36,882 nucleotides of DNA, from the NCBI GenBank assembly GCA_033442325.1, contig JAWQFM010000025.1, forward strand, positions 1,004,467 to 1,041,348, written 5' to 3'. The DNA comes from Salpingoeca rosetta (lineage: Eukaryota > Protista > Choanoflagellata). The notes under the pieces were generated by a model that saw only the letters and a program-made list of their open reading frames with translations, had not been told where the DNA came from and did not search any database. The position numbers and the translations under genes were made by a program. Below are positions 1-23,377 of the stretch, one piece after another (position 1 is the stretch's first letter; every line of letters starts with the position of its first letter).

Positions 1-174
1 GTGTGTTTTGTGTGTGTGTGTGTGTGTTTTGTGTGTGTGAAGGTAAACAAGGTTGCGCTGTGTCTCTCTCCCACCCTCCCCCTCTCCCCTGTTTACCAGT
101 CCCTCTCACTTTACTCACCCGACCACCACCACCACCACCACCGCCGCCATCATCTCAACCTCTACCCTGCGCAG

Positions 175-3683
<3,509 letters not shown>

Positions 3684-3912
3684 CACCTACGTGTGTGTGC
3701 GTGTGCGTGCGTGTCTGTGATGTGTGATGTGATGTGTGTGTGCGTGTCTGTGATGTGTGTGTGTTGTGTTGTGTTGTGTGAACTTGCACTCCTCTGCTCC
3801 TTTTGCTTCTTCTTCTGTGTTGGGAGGACCTTCAATCAGTTTCAAGTCCAGTGGGCGGTTTTGCCCTTTGCATCTCGCGCGAATACACACGAGCAAACGA
3901 GGCAAGCCAAGC

Positions 3913-8135
<4,223 letters not shown>

Positions 8136-8817
8136 TGGTGGATGCTGTCGTGTCGTGCGTGTGCGTGTGTTCGGGCAAGAACGGACAACTTGCATTGCAC
8201 ACACACGCACGCACGCACACACACACACACGCGCGCGTGTTGATATGTCTGTCTGTGATATCTGAGGATAAGAGCATCGCATTTATTTCTAAACGAAACA
8301 GAACCAACAACAGCAACAAAACACCATCAAACCGTTGAGCGAGCAGTCACCCGTGCACCATTAGCGGGTATACAGGAGGGAGAAGAGAGAGAGAGAGAGA
8401 GAAAGGGGGGGGGGGCATTTAACACAGGAGGGGAAGAGCACACGAAGAATGAAAGCACAGGTCACAAACCAGAGGAGAAAAAAAAAAAGGAGCAACAAAA
8501 TGGAGAGGGCCAAAGATCGACGGGGACGGGCGATGATGGGATGTGATGCGTATGCACAAGCACAGAGTGGAGGAATCAGACGACTGCATCTCACAGTTTA
8601 AGGTCCATGGGATAGCAGCAGGGGCAACACGTTGTGGCACCAGTGCACACACAGAGGCGTGCTGGCGTGTGCATGAGAGATGAGTGTGGAGGAAAGAGGA
8701 CACGGAAGGGGGGGGGGGCATCAGACACGCGTTAGTTCAAGACAGGGAGGGGGGAAGGGAGGGGTAGTTGTGACGGCAGCAATAACAGCGAGGAGGCCGA
8801 TGAAGGGGTGTTGAGCG

Positions 8818-12904
<4,087 letters not shown>

Positions 12905-13593
12905 CGTGTGTTTGTGTTGTCACGAAGATGCCAATGCGCGCTCGTTGGAGCCGTGTGTCGGCCGTGTAGCTGTCTTGCTGGTCGCTGCTTGTCGATCGAC
13001 ACGCTGTCTGTCCTTTCGTGCGTCTGAGTGCGAGTCCTTGGCTGCTGTGCTTGCTTGCTGTGCTTGTTTGCTGGATGCTGCGCTGCCTGTTGTTGATGGT
13101 GGTGGTGCGGCCGTTTCTCTTCCTCCTTCCTCTCCTTCTTCTTCTTCGTCTTGTCTGTCTGTCGGTTGTTCGTTCGTGTGGTGAATTCCCTCGTTGCTAT
13201 CCACCACCTACGATTCGCAACGCATTCACGTCAGCCAATGCGCACAAATTTCCGCTGACTCAGCGAATTCTGGCTGCCGCGAAACTTTGATGATGTGACA
13301 TGGCGCTGATGCAACCGCGACCTTCATCAACGTCATCGTTCCTTTTTGAACGCATCGCTCGCGTCGCCAACCACACACCACGCGCACCACGAGCCAAGCT
13401 CAGCAACCACTTTGAACCACCACCACACATCACCACGTGTGTTGGCTAGTTATTCGTCAGTTCATTCATCATCGACACGGCACACGCACATACGCACACA
13501 GACACACACACACACAGCCACACACACACATTTTCACGCACACACGCACACACAGACACACACTTTTACACGCAACAACAACTGCATATCGCC
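12905..13593. promoter_or_regulatory. Head-to-head intergenic region, probable bidirectional promoter of the B55 and PDE12-like genes
   Basis: The two ATGs diverge 689 bp apart. A microsatellite-free core at ~13200-13360 contains CACGTCA (13227), CCAAT (13235) and the palindrome CGCTGACTCAGCG (13253-13265). Confidence 0.5.
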
Positions 13594-16500
13594 ATGATGG
13601 AAGACAACTTTGTGCTCGTGCACCACACGCACGACGAGGACATTGAGGTTGCGCATCAGAAGCAGCTGTTGAAGCAGCTGCAGCAGCGCGAGGAGAAGCG
13701 CCAAGAGCGCCTCAAACGCCAGGAGGCGAGGCTCAGGCGCCAGATGGAGAGAGAGCAAGGCATCAGCACCAGCACGGCAGACAATAACGTCTTTACCGAG
13801 GGGCAAGGGGATCAGGAGGAGCAGGAGGACGATGATGACGACGTGCCCAACGACGTGATGGTGCCGGAACTGGCGCGCAACATGTACATGCACATGCTCA
13901 TTCGCTGCAACGGCCGCGATGTCCTGCTCAAGCGTGAGATTGACGGCCCGCTCCCGCCAACGCTTGCCCGCATCGCCAAGAAGTTTAAAATGAAGGCTGA
14001 CGACGTGCGCGTGGATACGCAGGGCGCCAGCACGCCCACCCAAGCCCCGACGATCGGCGCTGAGCCTGTGAAGCGCGATGCTGTGGAGCAGCCGCAAGCA
14101 ACAACGACGACAACGCCATCCGCAGCCACAGCCGCCACCACGGCTACGGCAACGACCGCGACAGCGCCGGCTGTGCCGCAAATGATCACGGTGACGGACG
14201 AGCACGCGGAGACGCGCGTCGACGCGACGTCGCCCACCGTCGGCGCAGCAGAGGACGTGTACGGCAACCCGATCAACACGAACACCAAGGACCCGAGCAA
14301 GCTGTCCAACTACTGGGCATTCCGCCAGGGCTGTGCGCTTGTGCTGGGCGATCAGCAGCTGCCCGTGTATCACCACGCGCCGGTGGTGGTGTCGCTGTTT
14401 GTGCGCGGGTTCCCCATGGTCGGCAGCATGCTGCACCCCATGGCAACCCTGCACAACTGCACGGCCAACACCTGCAAGTGGGCGTGGTACCGCACCTCCA
14501 AGTACGTGTCGCACAAGGTCATTGAGCGCGTGGACGCGTTTGGACAGCACGCCAACATCGAGGTCTCGGAGGCGGACGGCGACGTGCTTGTGGCCACGAC
14601 CCGCCGCTACACCCCGACCGCAGACGACATTGGCCACCGCCTCATCTGCATGTGCACCCCCGTCAACGAGCTGTGCGCAGGCATCCCCGTGTGTGTCCTT
14701 GTTGGTTCGCGTGATGACACCCGCATCAACCGCCAAGACTTTTACACCAGCGGTACCGACAACAACGACAGCGGCAACGGCAACGACAACGGCAGCAGCG
14801 TTGAGACGCCAGCAGCGCGATGCCAGCGCCTGTCCCGGTCCGTGTGCGAGATGCAGCTGCACCCTGTCGTGCTTGCCCGCCACGCCTTTGCGCAGAGCCG
14901 CGAGCTCTCGCCAGGCATGATGCGCGTGGTCTCGTACAATATCCTGCACGACATGTTTTGTGATGGCACGTTTGCGCTGGAGCACCTGTACCCGTACCTC
15001 GACCCGATCCACGCCAAGACCAACTACCGCCACCGCCGCATTGCCGAGGAGATTGCAGGCTACCTGCCAGACTTTGTCTGCCTGCAGGAGGTTGGACACG
15101 CAGAGTTTCACGAGGTGCTCGAGCCACGCCTCGGTGCAGCAGGTGCGTTGCTGCTGGTGGGGCGCTGTCGGCAGTGGTTGATGGTGTGATGGTGACGGCG
15201 GTGGTGATGGTGGTGGCAGCAATGCGTTTCTGGTGGTGGCTATGTGTTTGAAGCCCGTGGTGGTGGTGGTGGTGGTGGTGGTGGTGGTGGTGGTGGTGGG
15301 ACAAGGGTGTGGCCGAAGATCGTGACAAACGACCCCACAGCGTGTTTACCATGTGCTTGCGTTACCTTTCACTGACACCCCCTCCCTCCTTTCGCCAACG
15401 ACTTGTCGATTTGACGTTCAGGTCTGCATGGCGTGTATGCGAACAAAATCAGCCAGCAGCGCTGGGGGATGGCCACGTTCTTCCGCCGTGAAAGGTACAG
15501 CATTGTGTGTGTGTGTGTGTGGTGTGTGTGTGTGTGTGTGCTTGCATTTGTTGAAGTCTCGCTCGGCGCTGAACTATTCTTGAAACCCTCCACGCCTCAC
15601 ATCCGTTTCTTGCTCACCCGATGTTCCTCTGTGCTCAATCGCCACCCCCACCACGACCACCGCCGCCACCATCATCACCATTTGCCATTTCCATCATCAC
15701 CATTCCGACCACCGCCGCCACGACGACGGCGACGACTGCGTGTCAGGTGGTCGCTGCTTGAGGCGCACCGGCTCAACCTGACGCGACAGTGGCGCGTGCA
15801 CAGCACTATTGCAAGTGTGGCATCGTCCCAGCCTGCGCTGCAGGATCAGCTTGAGAACAGCACGACCGTTGCCCAGCTGCTGCTGCTGCAGTGTGCAGAC
15901 GGCAGCCGCCACTATGACGGCCAGCTCCTGTGCGTGGTGAACTGCCATCTCTTCAGCCACCCAATGGCCCCGCACGTGCGCGTGATCCAGGCCGCCGTGA
16001 TTGCTGCGGAGATCAAGGACCGCTTTGGTGCCGTGCCCGTCATCTGGTGTGGTGACTTCAACGCCAACCCAAATGCAGCCGTTGTCCAGTTTCTTCACCA
16101 CCGCTCGGTCCGTCATCACGCTGACTTTCTTGCTTGCTTCGTGTGTGTGTGTGTGTGCGTGTGCGTGCGTGTGTGTGTGTGTGTGTGTGCGTGTGCGTGT
16201 GCGTGTGCGTGTGCGTGCGTGTGTGCACGTGGGCTGGTATGTCTTCGAACATGGTTCTTTTGAGTGCGATACCTTGAACGCTCTTGTTAACCCTTCCATA
16301 CACACACACACACGCACACAGATTGAGGAGACACACCCCGTGTGGGCGGAGGGCGCGTGCATCACACGGTTCAAGTCTGCCACAAAGGCCCAGCGCGAGG
16401 CCAACTGGCACAGCGTGCTAGGTAGCGCTGAGGTGCACATGGCTCGCTCCTACTTTGCCACGCTTGCCTCCGCGGACACGCAGTTGCTCAGCCCTGTCGC

Positions 16501-17266
16501 CATGTTCTCCTACACGGACGCGCACGGCGCTGAGGGGCTTGCGGCAACAAAGGCGTTTGGCGAGGATGCGATGCGCGCGTGCACGCAGGAGGGCGGCCTG
16601 TCGTACCAGGACTTCTTTGGAGCGCTGGTCGACCTCCGCTTGGAGGCGCCGGACCTCTTTTCCGCCCTGCAAGACAACGCCCCTCCCATCGATGACCTCC
16701 GCAGTGGCATGGGCAGCCGCACCAACAGCACAAGCGGTGGTCTTCGCAGCAGGCTCGCCTCGTCCCCGACAACAACAGTAGCGCCACACGCCGCACCAGC
16801 ACAGCAACAGCAGCAGCAAGGGGAAGAGGAGTCGTTGGCGAGCAGCAGGACACCAGATCCTGCACTGACGCGGGCTGCCATCAGCAGTGCCGCTCTCACG
16901 GTTCCATCGCCGTCCTCGCAGCACCTGCAGCTGCGTGACAGCGGCGCCAGCACCACCTCCATCGTCAGCCTTGCGTCGCGTGCGCTTGTGTCCGGGTTTG
17001 GGCTGAGCTCGTTCTCCATGGCGCTGCAGCACAACCTTGAGCTGCACTGCTCTGTTCGCCAGCCCACGTACAGTGCCGGCATCCCCGCCAAGCCCGAGCA
17101 GGTGGACTATGTCTTCTACACCCCGCAGATCCAAATGCGCATGGAGCAGCCGCCCACGTTTGCGTTTCACCACATTGAGAACGGCCTCCCCAGCGAATTC
17201 CTGCCGTCTGACCATGTTGCCTCTGTTGTCGATTTCGCGTGGAACCGCATGGCCCTGCAACAGTAA
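13594..17266 (+). CDS. PDE12: 2',5'-phosphodiesterase 12 / CCR4-like EEP-family nuclease, ~975 aa, 4 exons
   Basis: Phase-consistent exons 13594-15142, 15422-15494, 15747-16107, 16322-17266 (2928 nt). Motifs: WAWYR..YTPTADDIGHRLICMCTP (N-terminal module of PDE12/plant CCR4), RVVSYNIL, CLQEV, GMATFFRRER, NCHLFSHP, GDFN, DYVF, PSDH. Confidence 0.88.
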
Positions 17267-17602
17267 ACAAAGAAATCTGCTGCAACGGCACTGCGGCCAC
17301 CACCGCCACTACCACCACCACCGGTAACGACGAGGGGTGGTGGCCACACCTGCAAGAGGGCATCTGGTGTGCCCGCAACAACCAAGTAGTCATTGTGAAT
17401 AGGCGAGGCGGGAGCTCCCTTACTGAAAACTAAATTATGGTGGGAGCGTCAGGTGTTTTCGTCACACCAACCACAACCACGCCCGTCTGTTGGTGATTGA
17501 TATAATGGCTTGTAAGGTGGAAGGAATAGCGTCGCAGGTCGTGTCACATTCCTGTGATGTGATTTGTTTCGAATACAAAGGAACAACACCCACACTAGCA
17601 GC

Positions 17603-17981
17603 ATGAGGTTTCTCGCAGCTACCATCGTGGCTACGGCCCTGCTCGCGACAATGGCCTCCGCCCTCAGCCCAGGTCAAACCTCGCCCAGTAACACGGACGA
17701 GGCCGATGTGTCTGGGGTTGCCGTCGATTACATTGACATTGGCAGTGCCGCATATGAGGCGTTGAACAACTTTGACACCTTCGTTGGCACCTCCGTGAGT
17801 TTGGCAGTGCTGGCGTGCTGATAGCATCGTAGAATCATGCCCTTCTTATCTCGTGTCGAACCAACACATACTAAAGCATCTGCACCGACATTGCCTCAAA
17901 CTGGCTTGCACACACGAGGCCCAACAACGCTGAAACGCTTCCCCAAGCCACGTTGCACTCTCTGTTTCCATCACCCACTCA

Positions 17982-18038
<57 letters not shown>

Positions 18039-20803
18039 AACAGCATGGTATTGTGTTCGACAAGGAGTCGCACAAGCTGATGACCCAGTACATGGCACAG
18101 CTTCTTCAAGCCCTTGACAACGCCATTGGCGAGGACATTGCTGTTGTCCGCGGGTTCCAGTCACGCCCCCAAGTCCCAACATCGGCCCCCTCACTCCTTG
18201 ATGTTGGTCGCGCCCTTCGACTTCGGTACAAAGCGGATGGCAGTGCATCCTCCGATGCCCGCCTCAGCACCCTTGCCCAGGCCTGCATCAACGCCGGCTT
18301 TGACTTTGTGGCTGTGCCCGCAGACACGACCACAGACAACTACGTCTATGTCAGCACCCCCAAGATGGACTGCGGTGACGCTGTTGCAGACCTTCTGTTC
18401 ATTCTCGATGGCTCCGGCTCTGTTGGCTCTGGCAACTTTCAGACCATGCTCAACTTTGCCCAGGAGGTGGTGTCCTTCTTCGACGTCGCACCCGACAAGA
18501 CGCGTGTTGCTGCCATGGTCTATGACAGCTCCAACTACCGCAAGTTTGATTTTGACTACATTCAGTCCGTCTCCAAGCAGCAGCTCATCAACTACTTCGA
18601 CACGTTCGCCTACCCTGATGGTGAGCGACAGAGCGGTTGACGTGATTTGCTGCTTTGGTGCAGATAATTTGGATATGAATGAATGCTGTTTGTCGGTGTG
18701 CGCCTTGAGCATCTTGACTTACACTCTCACCTCCCTCCTTGTGGGTTTCCCTGCTGCAGGTGGTACGGAGACTGGCAGCGCCCTCTCCTTTGCTCTCAGC
18801 AGCATGTTCGTCACATCCCGCGGGGTGAGCGTGTACATGTGTGTGTGTGTGTGTGCGGGTCGATGTGCGTGTTCATGTTCATGTGCTGTTTGCACATGAC
18901 CCCACAGCAAGTTCCCCAATGTGGGCGCCTGTCTTCTTTGAGCTCACACCTGTCTTGCATCTGTGTGCGCATAGGCTCGCGACTTGAGCGAGGGTGTGCC
19001 TCGTGTTGCCATTGTTATCACGGACGGCAAATCCGGCGACGATGTTTCTGCACCAGCGCAGGCCCTTCGCGACGCTGGCGTTACTCTCTATGCTGTCGGT
19101 GAGAACGGAAGTGGATAGCGTTGGGGATTCTGAGGTTGAGTTTGACGAGACGAGATAGAGGTGTGGAAGATTGTGGACACACCCAGCGGGAGTGAGCTTG
19201 CGAGGTTCATACGATAAGTATCACTCACCACTAATAAATGACACCACGCTGCAACTTCGACACGAACAGGCATCTCTGGTGCTGATGTGAGCGAGTTGAA
19301 CCAGATTGCCAGCCCACCTGTTGAGGACAACGTTGTCTTCATTGACACGTTCAGCGAGTTCTCCGCCCTTGCCTCGAAGATTTCCCGCGCCAACTGCGAC
19401 CAGCCTGCTAGTGTCTCCTCCGACATTGACGTGCGTGTGTGCGTGTGTGTGTGTGTGTGTCTGTCTGTCCAAGAGCAGACATGGGATCTCCTTCGCCTTG
19501 CTCGCCCTCTAACAACCCTTTCAATCACTGCACCATCCCTTGCTATCGTCGCTGTCGTGCAGATTGAGGTCAACAACACCTCCCCCGGTGACATCCGCTA
19601 CTACCGCCCGGACCTTGATGGGCTCACAGAGTCCGTCCTCATCGTTGTTGAAACTACCGGTGGCGCAACGTAAGTGAGAGCTAGTGTGTGTGCGCGTGTG
19701 CGTGTGTGTGTGTGGGGGGGTTGGGGGTTGGGGGGGGGGTTGGGGGAGGTGCGCAAGTGCGTGCGTGTTTGTTTCCTGCCCGAGTCGACCATCGTTGTCT
19801 CGCCTCTTTTCCTCCACACTAACACAAACACAAACACAAACACAAACACAAACACAAACACAAACACAAACACAAACACAAACACAAACACACACACACA
19901 CACTACAGTGATCTGTACGTGTCGACCAACCCCAACCCTGGTCCATTCAACTATGACTATGCTGTGGAGAACGACGACGCAATCAAGGCAGTGCTGGTGG
20001 ACAACACTGGCAACGAGGACTACTACGTGAGCGTGCGCAGCCGTTCCGACGACCCCGCAGACACCGTCAGCTACCGTGTGATAATCACCAACGCCATTTT
20101 CCAAGGCAACGCCAGCTACACCATCTACGTCAGCACCGACGAGAACGTTGCAGGCACTCCCATCTTCACGCTGCCGCCACTCCGCAGCTTCGACGTTGTG
20201 CCCTCGTTCATGTTTGACCTGTTTGGTCCGGATGAGGACAAGTTTGTGCTCGTCAACGACAGCGAGGTGGTGCTGACGGCCCCACTCGAGTTTGGCAAGC
20301 GGCACGTGGTTGCCATTGAGGGCATCGACGAAGCCAACAATCTCGCTGGCGGCATTGCCCTCAACGTCATCTACAACGAGATGCCGTGGACGGCCAGCCC
20401 CGACAATGGCCACGAGTACCAGATCAACTACCTGAAGAAGCTCAACTGGTTCGACGCCAAGGAGGCGTGCGAGGCAAACAACGCCCAGCTTGCCTCCGTG
20501 TCCTCAGTGCAGGAGAACAACTGGCTTGCCGAGCTCGCCCTCAACACCACCCTCGGCTCTGGTCTGCATCAAGCCTGGCTTGGCGGCCACTTCCCGCCCG
20601 TGTTCGCTTGGACCGACGGCTCTGCCGCCACCGACTTTGGCTTCCCGTGGAGCGTCGAGGACAACGACCCGCACGCGCACTGCCGCTTCAATTGCCTTGC
20701 CCTCAAGTTCAAGGACAAGAAGACCACGCCCGCTAGCGAGTGGAAAGATCTCCGCTGCGGTCGCAAGCGCGCGTACATCTGCAAGCGCCCCATCGCTGCT
20801 TGA
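17603..20803 (+). CDS. Secreted hedgling-related protein, 706 aa: signal peptide, Hedge domain, vWA, PPC-like domain, cadherin-like repeat, C-type lectin domain
   Basis: Phase-consistent exons 17603-17794, 18044-18620, 18760-18824, 18975-19098, 19270-19430, 19563-19669, 19909-20803 (2121 nt). Signal peptide [20 protein letters not shown]. Hedge-like blocks [38 protein letters not shown]. v[59 protein letters not shown]. Confidence 0.9.
19822..19890. repeat. (ACACAA)n hexanucleotide repeat just upstream of a splice acceptor
   Basis: Direct inspection; appears as TNTNTN / TQTQTQ in the ORF track. Confidence 0.95.
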
Positions 20804-20907
20804 GCCGCAGCATAGGGTGGAGTTTGCCGCATGGAACGGCAAAGACTTCTCGACTACTTGGCGTTGTCTTGCTCTTGTGATGTCAGAGTTCACTTGCTTT
20901 CTCTCTC

Positions 20908-21000
<93 letters not shown>

Positions 21001-21001
<1 letters not shown>

Positions 21002-21972
21002 GGGGACGCTCGTATCCCGATTCGCTATCAGTACACCACAAGCTGCTTTCATTTCTGGTTTCCACTCCAAGTAAGTGAGGGATGCTCGAGACACACTAAA
21101 GGGGGAGGAGGGAAGCATACACAATCAAGCACACATCAAGTGCAGCGGACACGAAAAGGGATGAAGAGCCGGCACGATGCATGGTCACCATGTTGGCACG
21201 ATTGCACTTCTTTGCTTCTCACTACAACAAACTCGCGCAGCGCCAGCATCGTCATCCACTTCAGCAGCACGTCATCGCAGTAGTCGCTGTGGTGCAGCTG
21301 CCTCATCTGACAGGCCACCAGGCTCAGCGCAATGGCCGTCATTAATGACAGCTTGAAGTCGAGGCCCGGCTCCAGGTTGTTGGCGTCCAGAAACGCAACC
21401 AGGTCGCGCGGCTCCAAGCGCGGGTGCAGCTGCTGGCATGTTCCATGTGGTGGCGTGATGGTGGTTATGCTTATCGATGCGCCTACAGTGTGTGTGTGTG
21501 TGTGTGTTGGGGACGCTCGTATCCCGATTCGCTATCAGTACACCACAAGCTGCTTTCATTTCTGGTTTCCACTCCAAGTAAGTGAGGGATGCTCGAGACA
21601 CACTAAAGGGGGAGGAGGGAAGCATACACAATCAAGCACACATCAAGTGCAGCGGACACGAAAAGGGATGAAGAGCCGGCACGATGCATGGTCACCATGT
21701 TGGCACGATTGCACTTCTTTGCTTCTCACTACAACAAACTCGCGCAGCGCCAGCATCGTCATCCACTTCAGCAGCACGTCATCGCAGTAGTCGCTGTGGT
21801 GCAGCTGCCTCATCTGACAGGCCACCAGGCTCAGCGCAATGGCCGTCATTAATGACAGCTTGAAGTCGAGGCCCGGCTCCAGGTTGTTGGCGTCCAGAAA
21901 CGCAACCAGGTCGCGCGGCTCCAAGCGCGGGTGCAGCTGCTGGCATGTTCCATGTGGTGGCGTGATGGTGGT
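21001..21972. repeat. Tandem direct duplication with a 507-bp period (21001-21465 and 21508-21972), each copy preceded by (GT)n
   Basis: The copies look identical by eye from tggggacgctcgtatccc to tggcgtgatggtggt. The ORF track shows identical peptides 507 bp apart (LLLTTTNSRSASIVIHFSSTSSQ; LVAFLDANNLEPGLDFK). Confidence 0.95.
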
Positions 21973-23138
21973 GGTGGGGAGGAGAGATTGGTGGTTGGTG
22001 TGATGAGTGGAAGTTGTGTGTATCAGCAGTAGTCGTGGTGGATGGGAGTCACAAACAGACAGAGACAGACAGGCACACACACACACACACACACAGACAC
22101 ACAGACAGACACACACACACACACACACCTGTAGCCGATGAAGACGTCGTATCACTCCTGCAGGCCGAGGACTGGCAGGAGAGGACCATACTTGGGCGAC
22201 CAAGTCATTGGGCGACAGCAGGTGTTCGTCAACCCACAGCCGCGTCCTGTCGACGTGGAGCACGCTGTTTTCACCTGCAGAGAGTACAGCAGGTGGAGAC
22301 GAACATGCGTTGTGAGTTGGAGATGAGCGGTTAGAGAAGGTCAACACGACTGCTGGTGTAGGTTGTTGACCCATCACACATGCACCCGCTCGCACACACA
22401 GCGGCTGCAAGGATATACACGTGCGTGCCAAGAAAGACAGCGCATGGCAGCCGCCTCCAATGACAGCTGGGTGCCCACGCTCACTTGAGTTGCGTGACAG
22501 CCGTGTTGTGCGTCAGCGCGTCTGCCAACGCCACAGCACCGTCCGGTGCAAGCTGTCAACATGCAAAGCAGTGGTCACTGGTAACGACGGAAAAGAGGAG
22601 CAAGGGGAGGGATCGTGAGTGGCAAGCGAAGGGGGTAGAAGGGTACACTGACATCACACACGGGCTTCAGCCACTGGCTTCAGGTGTGCTGTGCCACAGC
22701 GTGGCATTGCGCTCAGCCATGAACTGGGGGTGGGCTGTGCAATCACAACACACGCCAACGACACTTCTCTCCCATGCATGGGTTGTGTCAAGACTCACTT
22801 GAGCCGCGCGATGGTCGCATTGTGCTTCAGCCCTTGTGCCAACGCTGTAGCGCCCTCGGGGCTGATGTGGTTGCTGCTCAGGCTGTAGCCCCACAACCAA
22901 AACCACGATGGTGGGAGGGGAGGGGAAAGGGAAGGTAGGGGTGGTTGGTCATGAGCCAAGGGCGAAGGCAGCACGAGGAACATGACATGGCATGATGGAA
23001 GCGGTGCGCATGACGGTAGCTGCTGAATCAGTGGCGCGTGTCGCATGCAATCCATATGTGCACGCACGCACGCACTCGAGTCTTGTGACGGTGGTGTTGT
23101 CCTTGACAGCCACTGCAAGTGCGCGCATTCCACCATCG

Positions 23139-23170
<32 letters not shown>

Positions 23171-23343
23171 TGTCATCCCTTGGTCACCTCACTCACGTTT
23201 GTAGAAGCGTACGGATTCAGGCTGGATATGTCGTTGTCACCAGTTTGGATATAACGAAGTTCACATTTCTCGATCTGTCTGCGGCTACTGAGTATTATTC
23301 GATGTACGTGCGATACGGCAAGTGCGCGCATTCCTACCACTCG

Positions 23344-23377
<34 letters not shown>

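Noticed and set aside
13534-15222. 562-aa minus-strand ORF (and similar ones at 29820-30959 and 16418-17260)
   Set aside because: Antisense shadows of GC3-rich coding exons, with no recognisable motifs.
23115-23375. Near-duplicate of an acceptor plus exon start (gcaagtgcgcgcattcc at 23115 and 23318) flanking ~145 bp of atypical sequence, resembling an insertion with target duplication
   Set aside because: The second copy has scattered single-base insertions right after a microsatellite, which looks like a low-quality read end. No terminal repeats are visible. It cannot be supported as a mobile element without reads.
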